A DNA stretch of 64,000 bases from an uncultured Thermoleophilia bacterium. Its GTDB lineage: Bacteria > Actinomycetota > Thermoleophilia > UBA2241. Both the position numbers and the translations under genes were made by a program. Of the stretch, positions 29,504 through 41,832 are shown piece by piece; the stretch's first letter is position 1, and every line of letters starts with the position of its first letter. The notes under the pieces were generated by a model that did not search any database, was not told the DNA's origin, and saw only the letters and a list, made by a program, of their open reading frames with translations. The stretch lies in assembly GCA_963717285.1 (NCBI GenBank), contig CAVQVW010000002.1, positions 187,445-251,444 on the forward strand, in the 5' to 3' direction.

Positions 29504-29686
29504 CTACTCAGCCTCTACGATGATGACTTCGCGACCTTTGTAGGTGCCGCAGTTCGAACAGGCGCGATGCGGCAGCTTGGGACTCTTGCACTGCGGGCAG
29601 ACGCTGGCGGTCTCGACGCTCAGCTTCTGCTGGGCGCGGCGACTGTCGCGCTTGGATTGCGATGTCTTTCTCTTGGGTACAGGCAT
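29504..29686 (-). CDS. rpmF: 50S ribosomal protein L32
   Basis: [18 protein letters not shown]...[22 protein letters not shown] (Zn-ribbon form). Confidence 0.9.
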   Translation of the reverse strand: MPVPKRKTSQSKRDSRRAQQKLSVETASVCPQCKSPKLPHRACSNCGTYKGREVIIVEAE

Positions 29687-29737
29687 GCGTTTCTCCTCGG
29701 ATCAGGCAGACAGCGAACTGTACCACACGGATGGCGC

Positions 29738-30205
29738 CTACGGTGCTCCGTGCCGGTGCTCGGGGTCGGCGTTCAGGTCGACCCCGCACACCTGGCAAAG
29801 GCCGCGACAAGCTCCGGCGCAGAGGAGCTTGTCGGGCAGCGCCTCGGCGAGGAGGTCGCGCGCCCAGCGCTCGAGATCGAGAACGTTCGCGCTCACGTAC
29901 CCGACGGTGTCTTCGTCGTCGACCTCGGATTCTCCGTGCTGCGCGTACTCGACGGCGCGCACCCTCACCGGGATGACCGCTTCTGCAAGGCAGCGTTGGC
30001 AAGGGCCGACGAGATCGGCCTCGAACTCGGCGACAAGAGTGACGTTCCCGCCCACGCGACCAGCCGTGAGCAACACGTCGACGGCATCGCCGACTAGCTC
30101 GTACTCGAGCCCGCCGAACATGAATGATGCGACCTCGACCGGCAGTCGACGCCAGGTCTCGCCGGACTCGTCGAAGCGCAGCGACCGCAGGTCAAGACGG
30201 CGCAT
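29738..30205 (-). CDS. yceD: YceD/DUF177 family protein (large-subunit rRNA accumulation)
   Basis: CQRCL...C.GACRGLCQVCGVDLN Cys pattern; conserved position upstream of rpmF. Confidence 0.8.
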   Translation of the reverse strand: MRRLDLRSLRFDESGETWRRLPVEVASFMFGGLEYELVGDAVDVLLTAGRVGGNVTLVAEFEADLVGPCQRCLAEAVIPVRVRAVEYAQHGESEVDDEDTVGYVSANVLDLERWARDLLAEALPDKLLCAGACRGLCQVCGVDLNADPEHRHGAP

Positions 30206-30240
30206 AGCAATCGCTCCAGTGGGCTACGACGAGGCGAGTG

Positions 30241-30717
30241 TCATGGCTGCAGATCGTCGTCTGGACGGCCCTGCAGGCGCTCACGCCCCCGTCGCACCGC
30301 GGCGATGAACTTGTCGAGGTTCGTCTCGAGGTTGCCGAGGACCTCGTCGGCGTAGTCCTCAGCGCCCAGGCGCGTGGAACGCTCTCGCTCGCGGGCATCC
30401 TCCATGATCTGCTGGGCGTTGCGCTCTGCGAGACGCACGATCTCGGTCTCCGAGGCCAGCGCGTCGGCCCGCTCCTGCGCGTCCGCGAGCAGCCTCTCGG
30501 CCTCCTGCTTGGCCTCGACGAGCATCTCCTGACGCTCCTTGACGATCCAGCGTGCCTGCTTGATCTCCTCGGGTATCGTGGAGCGCATCTGGTCTAGGAT
30601 GTCGTAGATCTCCTCGCGGTCGAACATGACGTTGTCCGTGAGCGGCACGGAGCGAGCGTTGTGGATGATATCGTCGAGCTTGTCGATGAGAACGAGGACG
30701 TCCATGGTGATCAGCAA
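30241..30717 (-). CDS. Conserved coiled-coil protein of unknown function (often annotated ATPase / ATP synthase b-like)
   Basis: 158 aa. VLVLIDKLDDIIHNARSVPLTDNVMFDREEIYDILDQMRSTIPEEIKQARWI followed by a charged heptad-like helix. No enzymatic motif. Confidence 0.6.
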   Translation of the reverse strand: MLITMDVLVLIDKLDDIIHNARSVPLTDNVMFDREEIYDILDQMRSTIPEEIKQARWIVKERQEMLVEAKQEAERLLADAQERADALASETEIVRLAERNAQQIMEDARERERSTRLGAEDYADEVLGNLETNLDKFIAAVRRGRERLQGRPDDDLQP

Positions 30718-30732
30718 CCCTCCTTGGGTAGC

Positions 30733-31230
30733 CTAGCCGCGAGCAGGGAAGATCTCCGCGAGGCGGCGCGCCACCCCCGGTGGTACGAGGTCTGATACGG
30801 AACCTCCGAACGCAGCGATCTCTCTGACTCCACTGGAACTGAGGTAGCTGTGCTCGGGGGAGGCCATCATGAATACGGTTTCTACGTCGGGGGCCAACCT
30901 CCTATTGAGCTGAGCCATGGCGAACTCGTGCTCGAAATCCGAGATGGCGCGGAGTCCCTTCAGAATCACCTGAGCTTCCCATCTGCGGGCCAAGTCCACC
31001 ACCAGCTCGTTGAACGGGTCGATGATGATGGTCTCGTGCCCCACCAGCGCCTCCCTGAGGAAGGCCTCGCGCTCCTCGGGCGAGAAGAGCGGTGACTTGC
31101 GCTGCGGATGCTCGATGAGGCCGACGACAACGCGGCCGAACTTCGCAGCGCCCCGCCGGATGATGTCGAGATGCCCCACGGTCACCGGATCGAACGTGCC
31201 TGGGCAGATTGCTGTGATGTTTCGGGGCAT
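30733..31230 (-). CDS. coaD: Phosphopantetheine adenylyltransferase
   Basis: CPGTFDPVTVGHLDII. Confidence 0.9.
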   Translation of the reverse strand: MPRNITAICPGTFDPVTVGHLDIIRRGAAKFGRVVVGLIEHPQRKSPLFSPEEREAFLREALVGHETIIIDPFNELVVDLARRWEAQVILKGLRAISDFEHEFAMAQLNRRLAPDVETVFMMASPEHSYLSSSGVREIAAFGGSVSDLVPPGVARRLAEIFPARG

Positions 31231-31248
31231 CAGCCACTGCCCGGAGGC

Positions 31249-31950
31249 TCAGGTGGCCTCTCCGTCGTCATACACTGCTCCTTCTGCGCCCTGCAGGTCG
31301 TCTGCTTCCAGGAACCTGACCTGTGTGTCGCCGTAGCGTTTCTCACGGACCACCCGCCAAGGCAGCGCGACCTTCGTTCGTCGGGCCGCCTCGACGACCA
31401 GTACCGCACCTGGCGCGAGCACCCGCGCCAGGAGCTTCGCAAGGTCGGGCTGGACCTCCGCATAGTGATCGTAGGGGGGGTCTATGAAGACCAGAGTATA
31501 CAGCGACCCATTCAGGGCGTCAGCCTTCAGTGCTCGGCGTACGTCGGTGGCACGCACGTGGACGGTGGGCCGCCTGTCGTCAGACGGCGATCGCGGCCGC
31601 CCGTCGGTGGCGAGGTTCTCGGCTCCGACGCGCTGCAGATTGGCGTGCAGAGCCCTCAGTGCGCCGCGATCTCTTTCGACGAAGACGCACGACTTGGCGC
31701 CCCGGGACAAGGCCTCGATCCCGAGCCCGCCGCTGCCGGCGAAGAGGTCGAGGACGCTGTGACCTGCTGGCGGCGCGTATCGTCTTGCGTTTCCGCCGGC
31801 GGCGCCGGTCTCCGGCAGGGACGCGAGCACATCGAAGATCGCTTCGCGCACCTTGTCTGATGTCGGCCGCGTGCTGTTGCCCGGCGGGGCAACGAGTCTG
31901 CGCCCGCGCCACTCCCCTCCCACGACCCTCAACGGCCCACGTCTCCTCAC
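31249..31950 (-). CDS. rsmD: 16S rRNA (guanine966-N2)-methyltransferase RsmD
   Basis: RPTSDKVREAIFDVL, LDLFAGSGGLGIEALSRGA, FIDPPY. Confidence 0.85.
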   Translation of the reverse strand: MRRRGPLRVVGGEWRGRRLVAPPGNSTRPTSDKVREAIFDVLASLPETGAAGGNARRYAPPAGHSVLDLFAGSGGLGIEALSRGAKSCVFVERDRGALRALHANLQRVGAENLATDGRPRSPSDDRRPTVHVRATDVRRALKADALNGSLYTLVFIDPPYDHYAEVQPDLAKLLARVLAPGAVLVVEAARRTKVALPWRVVREKRYGDTQVRFLEADDLQGAEGAVYDDGEAT

Positions 31951-32067
31951 GCCTGCGGCTCGATCGGTGTCAGGCAGACGCCTCCGCGCCCGCCGTGCAA
32001 GGATGCCCTCGCGCCCGCATCATACCGGTCGTGGAACCGCGGTGCGTGCCCTGAAGCGTCTCCGATC

Positions 32068-33360
32068 TCAGTCCTCTTGGGCCAGCACGACGGGGCGCGG
32101 GAGCGGAGGCGTGTCGCTCACGGTGAAGGCGCCCGCCAGGACCTCGCCAGAAGTGGAGCGCCGCAAGGAGTCGCGAGCGAAGACGGCGGCCAGTACGTCC
32201 CCCGTGGCCACCTCGTCGCCGAGGCCGTGCCGCAGGAGGACTCCGGCGGCCGGATCGACGGCGTCGTCGACGGTCTGACGCCCGGCTCCGGAGAGTTGAG
32301 CCGCTCGACCCACGGCGCGCGCATCGATCGCCGCTAGGTAGCCCGCGCGCGGCGACCGCACTTCGTGCGCCGCGAGGCGTGGGTACTCGCCCGGCTTCCA
32401 GCGGCCGCCTTGCACGTAGCACCAGCGCTCGAAGTGTTCGGCCGCGCGACCATCGGAGAGCGCTGTCTCGGCGACCTGCCGAGCCCGTTGCTCGCCCATG
32501 TCGAGATCTGCCAGCGGCAGCAGCGCTGCGGCCAGCGCGAGCACCGTTTCGCGAACGTCGGCGGGGCCGTCTCCGCAGAGGACGTCCCACGCCTCCTCGA
32601 CCTCGAGGCGATTTCCGACGGCGCGTCCGAGCGGAGCGTCCATCGCCGTGTAGATACACGTCGTCGGACGGCCGTAGGCCGCCCCGATGAGCCGGCAGAG
32701 ACGGCCCACGTTCTTCGCATGGGCCAGGTCGGCCATGAAGGCGCCGCCGCCCACCTTGAGGTCGAGGACGAGGGCCGAGGTCCCGCCGGCGATCTTCTTG
32801 GCCATGATGCTCGCCGCGATGAGTCCATCACTGGGGACCGTCGCGGTGACGTCGCGCAGGGCGTAGAGGACCCGGTCCGCGGGAGCCACGCGATCGCTCT
32901 GGCCGACGACCGCGACACCTATGCGTTCCAGTTGCCGTACGTACTCCCCTTGCGGGAGTTGGACGCGGAATCCCGGGATCGACTCCAGCTTGTCGAGAGT
33001 GCCGCCCGTGTGTCCGAGGCCGCGTCCGGACATCTTGCCGAAGATCGCCCCGCATGACGCGATAAGCGGCGCCAGCACGAGGGTCACCTTGTCGCCGACC
33101 CCACCGCTTGAGTGCTTGTCGAGCACCGGCCGTCGAAGGGCGCTCAGATCGAGTGTCTTGCCGCTCTCGACGATGGCCCTCCCCAGCTCGACGGTCTCGT
33201 CGTCTTCGAGGCCGCGGAGCACGATGGCCATGAGGAGGGCGCTGGTCTGATAGGCCGGCACCGTGCCGTCCGTGACCCCTTGGACGAAGGCATGGATGTG
33301 CTCGGCGCAAAGGACTCCCCCATCTCGCTTGCGCGCGATGACATCGTTGACAATGTCCAT
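32068..33360 (-). CDS. pdp: Pyrimidine-nucleoside (thymidine) phosphorylase
   Basis: DKHSSGGVGDKVTLVLAPL, MSGRGLGHTGGTLDKLE. Confidence 0.9.
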   Translation of the reverse strand: MDIVNDVIARKRDGGVLCAEHIHAFVQGVTDGTVPAYQTSALLMAIVLRGLEDDETVELGRAIVESGKTLDLSALRRPVLDKHSSGGVGDKVTLVLAPLIASCGAIFGKMSGRGLGHTGGTLDKLESIPGFRVQLPQGEYVRQLERIGVAVVGQSDRVAPADRVLYALRDVTATVPSDGLIAASIMAKKIAGGTSALVLDLKVGGGAFMADLAHAKNVGRLCRLIGAAYGRPTTCIYTAMDAPLGRAVGNRLEVEEAWDVLCGDGPADVRETVLALAAALLPLADLDMGEQRARQVAETALSDGRAAEHFERWCYVQGGRWKPGEYPRLAAHEVRSPRAGYLAAIDARAVGRAAQLSGAGRQTVDDAVDPAAGVLLRHGLGDEVATGDVLAAVFARDSLRRSTSGEVLAGAFTVSDTPPLPRPVVLAQED

Positions 33361-33378
33361 CGGCCTCTCCTTGGACGT

Positions 33379-33398
33379 TCAGGTCAGGTCAGGTCAGG
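33379..33398. repeat. Pentanucleotide tandem repeat (TCAGG)x4 spanning the punA stop codon
   Basis: ttcaggtcaggtcaggtcaggcc read directly. The minus strand is (CCTGA)x4 and carries a TGA in all three frames. Confidence 0.9.
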
Positions 33399-34196
33399 CC
33401 AGCGCGCCTGCGCCGCGGGCAGGAGCGCTGTGGCGAAGCGCGCGGAGAGCCGGCCGGCGGTGGCCAGCACATCTTCATGCGACCCGGCATCCGCCGACTG
33501 GTTCACGACCAGCGAGAGCAACAGGCAGGCGACGCCGGCGGCGTGGGCGGCACGAACCTCGGGCGCCGCCGACATCCCGACGACGTCGCCGTGGCGCGAG
33601 AGCCACCGAGCCTCGGCCGGCGTCTCGAACTGAGGCCCTGCGACGGCTACGTAGGCGCCGACGCGGGTCGGCAGTGCGACGCCGGCCACGGCGTCGGCGA
33701 CCTGCGTGGCCTGCGGTCGCGTGCAGACGGTGAGCACATCCGGGGAAGATCCGGTCGGGGGCACCTGCAGGTCGACCACGAGGTCGCAGACCACGACCGT
33801 TCCTCCAGGCGTCGAGCGCAGACTGCCGGAAGCGTTCGTGAGTACCAGCCGCCGGACCCCGCAAGCGGACAGATCGCCCACCGATCGTCCGAGTTCCGCG
33901 TCGCTCCAGCCCTCGTAGCGATGTGGTCGTCCGCAGGCCAGTGCAAGCTTCACCTCTCGCCCCTCGGGAGTCGACATTCGCAGCAGCTTCAGCCTGCTGG
34001 CATGACCGGCTACGGCGCTACACGGCCAGCCGAGCGCGGCGTAGTCGAACTCCTCGTCCAGCGTCGCGCCGACCGGCAAAGCCGCCAGGCCGGATCCGAG
34101 CACAGCCGCTGCTGCCGGGCCCCATGCGCTGACACAGGCTAGAGCGGCCTCTGCTGATTTGGAGGTGAGGCGCCCGTGGCCAGAGGTGCGGTTCAC
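33384..34196 (-). CDS. punA: Purine nucleoside phosphorylase (PNP-I family)
   Basis: GRPHRYEG, VGMSAAPE. Start set to GTG at 34196, which forms a GTGA overlap with the deoB stop. Confidence 0.8.
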   Translation of the reverse strand: MNRTSGHGRLTSKSAEAALACVSAWGPAAAAVLGSGLAALPVGATLDEEFDYAALGWPCSAVAGHASRLKLLRMSTPEGREVKLALACGRPHRYEGWSDAELGRSVGDLSACGVRRLVLTNASGSLRSTPGGTVVVCDLVVDLQVPPTGSSPDVLTVCTRPQATQVADAVAGVALPTRVGAYVAVAGPQFETPAEARWLSRHGDVVGMSAAPEVRAAHAAGVACLLLSLVVNQSADAGSHEDVLATAGRLSARFATALLPAAQARWPDLT

Positions 34197-35326
34197 TCGA
34201 TGACCCGTCCCACCAGAGGCGGCTTCTCGTCCGTGAGGCGTGCGAAGGCGGTCGCCCCGACGTCCTCGAGAGCGCCGTCGTAGCGACCGGGGGCTAGGCC
34301 GAGAGCCATCAGCGGCGAGTACTCGCGCGAATGGTCGGTGCTCGCGGTCGTGGGATCGACGCCATGGTCGGCACAGAGCAGCATGGCGTCGCCGGGGCGC
34401 AGCAGAAGCTCCCACTCCGCGATGGCGGCGTCTGCCGCTGCCAGTCCGGCCGCGAATCCCTCGACGTCGTTGCGGTGACCCCAGACCTGGTCGAAGTCGA
34501 CGAGGTTGGCGAACAACAGCCCATGGTTCATCTCACGCAGATGTCGTGCGCAGGCGGCGATGGCCGCGTGGTTGTTCGTCGTGTGATCGTCGACGTCCAC
34601 GCCCCGCTGCGCGAAGATCTCGCCGATCTTGCCGACGCCGATCACGGGGACGCCCCGCTCGTGCATCAGGTCGAGATACGTCGTCCCTGTCGGGTCCAAA
34701 GAGAAGTCGCGTCGTCGCGACGTCCGCTCGTAGTGTCCCGGCGGTCCTGCGAACGGGCGAGCGATGACCCGCCCGACCGCGTGGGGGCCCTTCAGGATGT
34801 CGCGCGCGACCGCACACCAGCGGTAGAGCTCCCCGACCGGTACGACCCCCTCGTGGCAGGCGATCTGGAAGACGGAGTCGGCCGACGTGTAGACGATCGG
34901 TCGGCCACTCGCCATGTGCTCGTCGCCCAGCTGTTCGATGATGCTCGTGCCAGAGGCGGGCAGGTTGCACAGCACGCGCCTGCCGATGGCCGCCTCGAAT
35001 GGGGCGATCACCTCGGGCGGGAATCCCTCGGGGTAGGTGGGAAACGGCCGTTCGAGCACGACCCCCATCATGGCCCAATGCCCGGTCGTCGTGTCCTTGC
35101 CGGCGCCCCGCCCGAGGAGCCGGCCGTAGGTGGCGTCGTCCCGCGCCGCGCCGAGGGGCAGGTCGATGATCTCGCCCAAGCCGAGGCCGGCGAGGTTCGG
35201 CACCTGCACGCTGCTCCGCTCGAGCACGTGTCGCAGCGTGCTGGAGCCTTCGTCTCCGTAGTCTGCGGCGTCGGGCTGTTCCCCGACTCCGCAGCCGTCG
35301 AGGACGCAGATGAACACGCGGCTCAC
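34193..35326 (-). CDS. deoB: Phosphopentomutase
   Basis: VLDGCGVGEQPDAADYGDEGSSTLRHV, metal-binding DHG near the C-terminus (CADHGVDPT). Confidence 0.85.
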   Translation of the reverse strand: MSRVFICVLDGCGVGEQPDAADYGDEGSSTLRHVLERSSVQVPNLAGLGLGEIIDLPLGAARDDATYGRLLGRGAGKDTTTGHWAMMGVVLERPFPTYPEGFPPEVIAPFEAAIGRRVLCNLPASGTSIIEQLGDEHMASGRPIVYTSADSVFQIACHEGVVPVGELYRWCAVARDILKGPHAVGRVIARPFAGPPGHYERTSRRRDFSLDPTGTTYLDLMHERGVPVIGVGKIGEIFAQRGVDVDDHTTNNHAAIAACARHLREMNHGLLFANLVDFDQVWGHRNDVEGFAAGLAAADAAIAEWELLLRPGDAMLLCADHGVDPTTASTDHSREYSPLMALGLAPGRYDGALEDVGATAFARLTDEKPPLVGRVIE

Positions 35327-36300
35327 GACCCGTCTTCCCCACCGGACGTTCCGCGCTCCGAAGCTCGAGGAGCGCCGCGACGCCGTGCCCGCGGGTGAGT
35401 CTCAAGATAGACCTCGCGCAGATGCTCCACGGTGACGTGGGTGTACACCTGCGTCGTCGTGACGTTCGCGTGTCCGAGCATCTCCTGCACGCTGCGCAGG
35501 TCCGCGCCCCCGGCGAGGAGGTGCGTCGCGAACGAGTGCCGAAAGGTGTGGGCGCTGGCCTTGCCCTGCATGCCGGCCCGGCGGAGGATCCGGGTGAGGA
35601 TGTGAGCGACTCCCTGCCTGGTCAGAGGCCCGCCGCGGGCGTTCAGAAAGACTTCCGAGAGGCGCCGACCGCGCAGGAGTCGGCGGCGCCCGTCGCTCAG
35701 GTAGCGGTCGAGGGCCCGGACGGCGGCTGCGCCGATGGGCACGGCACGTTCCTTCTCTCCCTTGCCGAGACAGCGCACGAGCCCTCCCTCCAGATCGACA
35801 TCGCCCTCTCGCAGGCCCAGCAGCTCGCTGACGCGGAGGCCGCTGCCGTAGAGGAGCTCCAGAATGGCGAGATCGCGCTGGTCCGTGGCTTCCGCCGGCA
35901 CGATCGCGGCGAGGAGAGCCTCGATCTCGTCGACCGAGAGAACGTGCGGGAGGTTCTGAGGCTTCTTCGGCGCACGCAGCCGCGCGGCGGGGTCGTCGTG
36001 TCGGACGCCCTCACGCACAAGGTAGGCGTAGAACGATCGCAGGCTGGCGGTGCGCCGTGCGACACTTGCGGCGGCTCCATCACCTCCTTCCGCGGCGAAG
36101 TATGCGCGCAGGTCTTCCTCCCGTGCCGCGGCAGCTCCGCGAAGCTCATGAGCCGAGAGGAAGGCGCCGTAGCGCGATAGGTCGCGGGCGTAGGCGGCGA
36201 GCGTGTTCGGGCTCATTGCGCGTTCGTACCTGAGATAGTCGAGGAACTCAGTGACCGATGGATCGGGTCGTTCCGCGGAGGAGTCGCCTTGGCGGGTCAT
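35323..36300 (-). CDS. xerD: Tyrosine recombinase XerD
   Basis: FRHSFATHLLAGGADLRSVQEMLGHANVTTTQVYTHV. Confidence 0.85.
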   Translation of the reverse strand: MTRQGDSSAERPDPSVTEFLDYLRYERAMSPNTLAAYARDLSRYGAFLSAHELRGAAAAREEDLRAYFAAEGGDGAAASVARRTASLRSFYAYLVREGVRHDDPAARLRAPKKPQNLPHVLSVDEIEALLAAIVPAEATDQRDLAILELLYGSGLRVSELLGLREGDVDLEGGLVRCLGKGEKERAVPIGAAAVRALDRYLSDGRRRLLRGRRLSEVFLNARGGPLTRQGVAHILTRILRRAGMQGKASAHTFRHSFATHLLAGGADLRSVQEMLGHANVTTTQVYTHVTVEHLREVYLETHPRARRRGAPRASERGTSGGEDGS

Positions 36301-36315
36301 GCACCTCGTCCCTCG

Positions 36316-39071
<2,756 letters not shown>

Positions 39072-39278
39072 TCAACCCCTTCTGCCGTGGGTGATCGCGG
39101 CGGCTCCGGACGGCCATCTGCCGCGACTCCCAAGCCTGCGAGCGCCGGCAAGCGCTCACAGCGCAGAGCAAAGCTGCAGCAGACGAGCGAAGGGATTTCT
39201 GGGACCGGACTCGCGCCCGTTCGTTGCAGACGGGCCGGCGCAAATCTATGACCGGCGAGCCCTCGGATCACGTGGGGA

Positions 39279-39306
39279 AGTATACCACCGTCCGGCCGCC
39301 TCGCAA
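39279..39306 (-). promoter_or_regulatory. Candidate sigma-70-type promoter for pyrG (TTGCGA-16 nt-TATACT)
   Basis: Minus strand: TTGCGA (39301-39306), 16-nt spacer, TATACT (39279-39284). This would give a leader of about 200 nt. Confidence 0.35.
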
Positions 39307-39323
39307 GGAACATGCCCCGCCGA

Positions 39324-40973
39324 TCAGGCGGAGCGTTCGGCCTTGGCCAGCAGCGCAGCGGCGTGCTGACGAGCCGCGGGGTCGTCGCAAGCTGCGCCGA
39401 GCATCCGGCAGAGCTCGGCGAGTCGCTCGTCGCCGTCGACGTGCCGGACCGTGGTCTGCGTTGTACCCTCCGCCGGATCGCTCTGCTTGACGATGGCGAA
39501 GTGCCGCTCGGCATAGGCGGCCACTTGAGGCAGGTGCGTGATGCAGAGCACCTGGCGATGCTCTGCGAGCCTCGCCAGGCGCTCACCGAGGACGCTGGCG
39601 GTGACTCCACCGATGCCCTGGTCGACCTCGTCGAAGATGAGCGTCTCGACGTCGTCTCCGAGCGTCACGATGCCGCGGATGGCCAGCATCGCGCGTGACA
39701 GCTCGCCGCCGGAGGCCGTGTCACGCAAGGGCCGCGCGGGGACCCCGGGGTTGGCGCTGAAGAAGAACTCGACTTCGTCGGCCCCGTGCGCCCCGAGCGC
39801 CGACCACCCTTCCCCGCGGCTGGCGACGCCGATCTCGAAAGTGGCATGCGGCATGGCCAGGCGGCGCAGCTCCTCCTGGACCTCGGCGGCGAGCTCTGGA
39901 GCCACGCGGGCCCGCTCGACGCTCAGCTCCCGGGCGACGCCGACGGCGTGCTCCTGGGCGGTACGCAGGGCCTCGCCCGACTGCTCTTCGTCGACTGCTT
40001 CGTCCTCGATCTCGTGCAGGCGCCGGCGGGCCTCTTGGAGGTGGGCGAGGACGTCGTCGGCCGAGGAGCCGTACTTGCGCAGCAACGACCTGACCTTGTC
40101 GTGGCGCAGCTCGATGGCGTCGCGCTGTGCGGGGTCGACGTCGAGGTTCTCGAGGTAGCTCTGGAGCTGTGTCGCGAGGTCGTCGAGCTCGGCGCTCAGG
40201 CTGTCCAGCCTCGCCCCAAGCTGGCCGAGGTCCTCGTCGAGGACTACTGCCTCCGCGATCAAGCGCTGGGCGACGCGCACGCTGTCGAGAGCGACGTTCT
40301 CGCCTTCGCCGGCGAGCAGGGTGAGAGCCCCGCCGGCGCGCTCCAACAGCTTGCCTGCGTGACGCAGGCGCTCGCGCTCTCGCGCCAGGCGCGTGTCCTC
40401 TCCGGGCTCGAGGCGCACTTGCTCGATCTCGACGATCTGGAAGCGCAGCATCTCGATCTCGCGCTCGCGTTCCTGGTGGGCGGAGCGCAGCTCCCCGTGC
40501 GCGCGCTCCAAGGCGCGAGCCTGGCCGAGCGCCTCTGAGTACTCTCGGTGGATGGGAGCCAGCCGCTCCGGCGCGGCGCCGTCCAGCATCTCGAGCTGGC
40601 GCTCGAGCTGCAATAGGCGAGTGTGCTCAAGCTGCCCGTAGAAGGCGAGGCGCTGACGCAGTGCCTCCTCCACGGCGCCGGCGGAGCTCATCAGACCGTC
40701 CAGTCGAGCGCGAGTCCGGCCGCCGCGGGGCAGCTCGCGGGCCACCGCGAGGGTATCGTGATCGCCCTCGAAGAGCGCCTGCACGAGAGCTCGGTCGGCA
40801 CCCGGACGAATGAGCTGTTCGCCGCCCTTCTGGCCCATCAGGAGCCCGATAGCCTGGGCAAGGAGAGTCTTTCCCGCTCCGGTCTCGCCTGTGATGACGT
40901 TCAGTCCGGGGCAGAACTCGAGGCGCGCCTCGGCGATGAGCACGAGGTCGTCGATAGAGAGCTCAGTCAGCAT
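39324..40973 (-). CDS. recN: DNA repair protein RecN
   Basis: ITGETGAGKT, coiled-coil middle, SGGELSR, LIFDEVD. Confidence 0.9.
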   Translation of the reverse strand: MLTELSIDDLVLIAEARLEFCPGLNVITGETGAGKTLLAQAIGLLMGQKGGEQLIRPGADRALVQALFEGDHDTLAVARELPRGGRTRARLDGLMSSAGAVEEALRQRLAFYGQLEHTRLLQLERQLEMLDGAAPERLAPIHREYSEALGQARALERAHGELRSAHQEREREIEMLRFQIVEIEQVRLEPGEDTRLARERERLRHAGKLLERAGGALTLLAGEGENVALDSVRVAQRLIAEAVVLDEDLGQLGARLDSLSAELDDLATQLQSYLENLDVDPAQRDAIELRHDKVRSLLRKYGSSADDVLAHLQEARRRLHEIEDEAVDEEQSGEALRTAQEHAVGVARELSVERARVAPELAAEVQEELRRLAMPHATFEIGVASRGEGWSALGAHGADEVEFFFSANPGVPARPLRDTASGGELSRAMLAIRGIVTLGDDVETLIFDEVDQGIGGVTASVLGERLARLAEHRQVLCITHLPQVAAYAERHFAIVKQSDPAEGTTQTTVRHVDGDERLAELCRMLGAACDDPAARQHAAALLAKAERSA

Positions 40974-41832
40974 CGCGGCGGTCGAAGAGCTTCTGCTCGA
41001 CGTTCTGGTAGAAAGAGCCAGCCGCCGTCATGAGGAGACGCGCGCGAGTGCCGCCCGCCGTGATGCGGACCTCCTCGTAGCGCGACAGCCGGGCGACTGC
41101 ATCGCCGTCGACCACGACGTCGGCTTGCTGCAAGCGTGCGATATTGCGTGCCGTGATCTCGTGGTCTGGACGAAGGACCACTGGCCGGAAGGCGACCGAG
41201 TGCGGCGCGATGAAGTTGAGCACGAGGACGTTGGTGCCCCACTCGACGACGGGTCCGCCGCACGAGAGATTGTAGGCAGTCGAGCCCGTAGGTGAGGCGA
41301 CGATGAGGCCGTCGCACGCCATGCTCCCGACGGCCACGCCGGCGATCCTGTACTCAAGCTGCAGCACATGCCGCGGGGCGACCCTGCTGAGGACGACGTC
41401 GTTGACGGCGGTGAAGGTTCGGCCCCCGACCTGGGTCTCGACCGTCAACAGATCGATGACACGATGCTCCCCACGCACGATGGGCTCGAGCTGCTTCATC
41501 CAGCCCTCGCGCGGAAGCGCCGCTAGGAAGCCCACGTTGCCGTAGTTGACGCCGAGGGTCGGCACGCCGCTGCCGAGCAACTGCCCGAGGGCGCGCAGTA
41601 CGGTGCCGTCGCCGCCGAAGACGAGGCAGAGATCGGCGTGTCGGACGGCCGCGTCGTCGACCACGGTGAAGCCCAGTGCGACGGAGTCGGGGTGCTTGGT
41701 CGCCTCTCGTTCGGGCATCAGAAGCTCGAGCCCCAGCTGCCGGCCAAGGACTGCGAGGTCCGCCAGCGCGGCGTGCGCCGCCTCGCTGTAGAGATGCGTG
41801 CCCACCGCGATGCGCCGCAGAGGTCTACGCAT
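40963..41832 (-). CDS. nadK: NAD kinase
   Basis: GGDGTVLRA, NYGNVGFL. Start set to ATG at 41832, 2 nt after the tlyA stop. Confidence 0.85.
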   Translation of the reverse strand: MRRPLRRIAVGTHLYSEAAHAALADLAVLGRQLGLELLMPEREATKHPDSVALGFTVVDDAAVRHADLCLVFGGDGTVLRALGQLLGSGVPTLGVNYGNVGFLAALPREGWMKQLEPIVRGEHRVIDLLTVETQVGGRTFTAVNDVVLSRVAPRHVLQLEYRIAGVAVGSMACDGLIVASPTGSTAYNLSCGGPVVEWGTNVLVLNFIAPHSVAFRPVVLRPDHEITARNIARLQQADVVVDGDAVARLSRYEEVRITAGGTRARLLMTAAGSFYQNVEQKLFDRRDAD

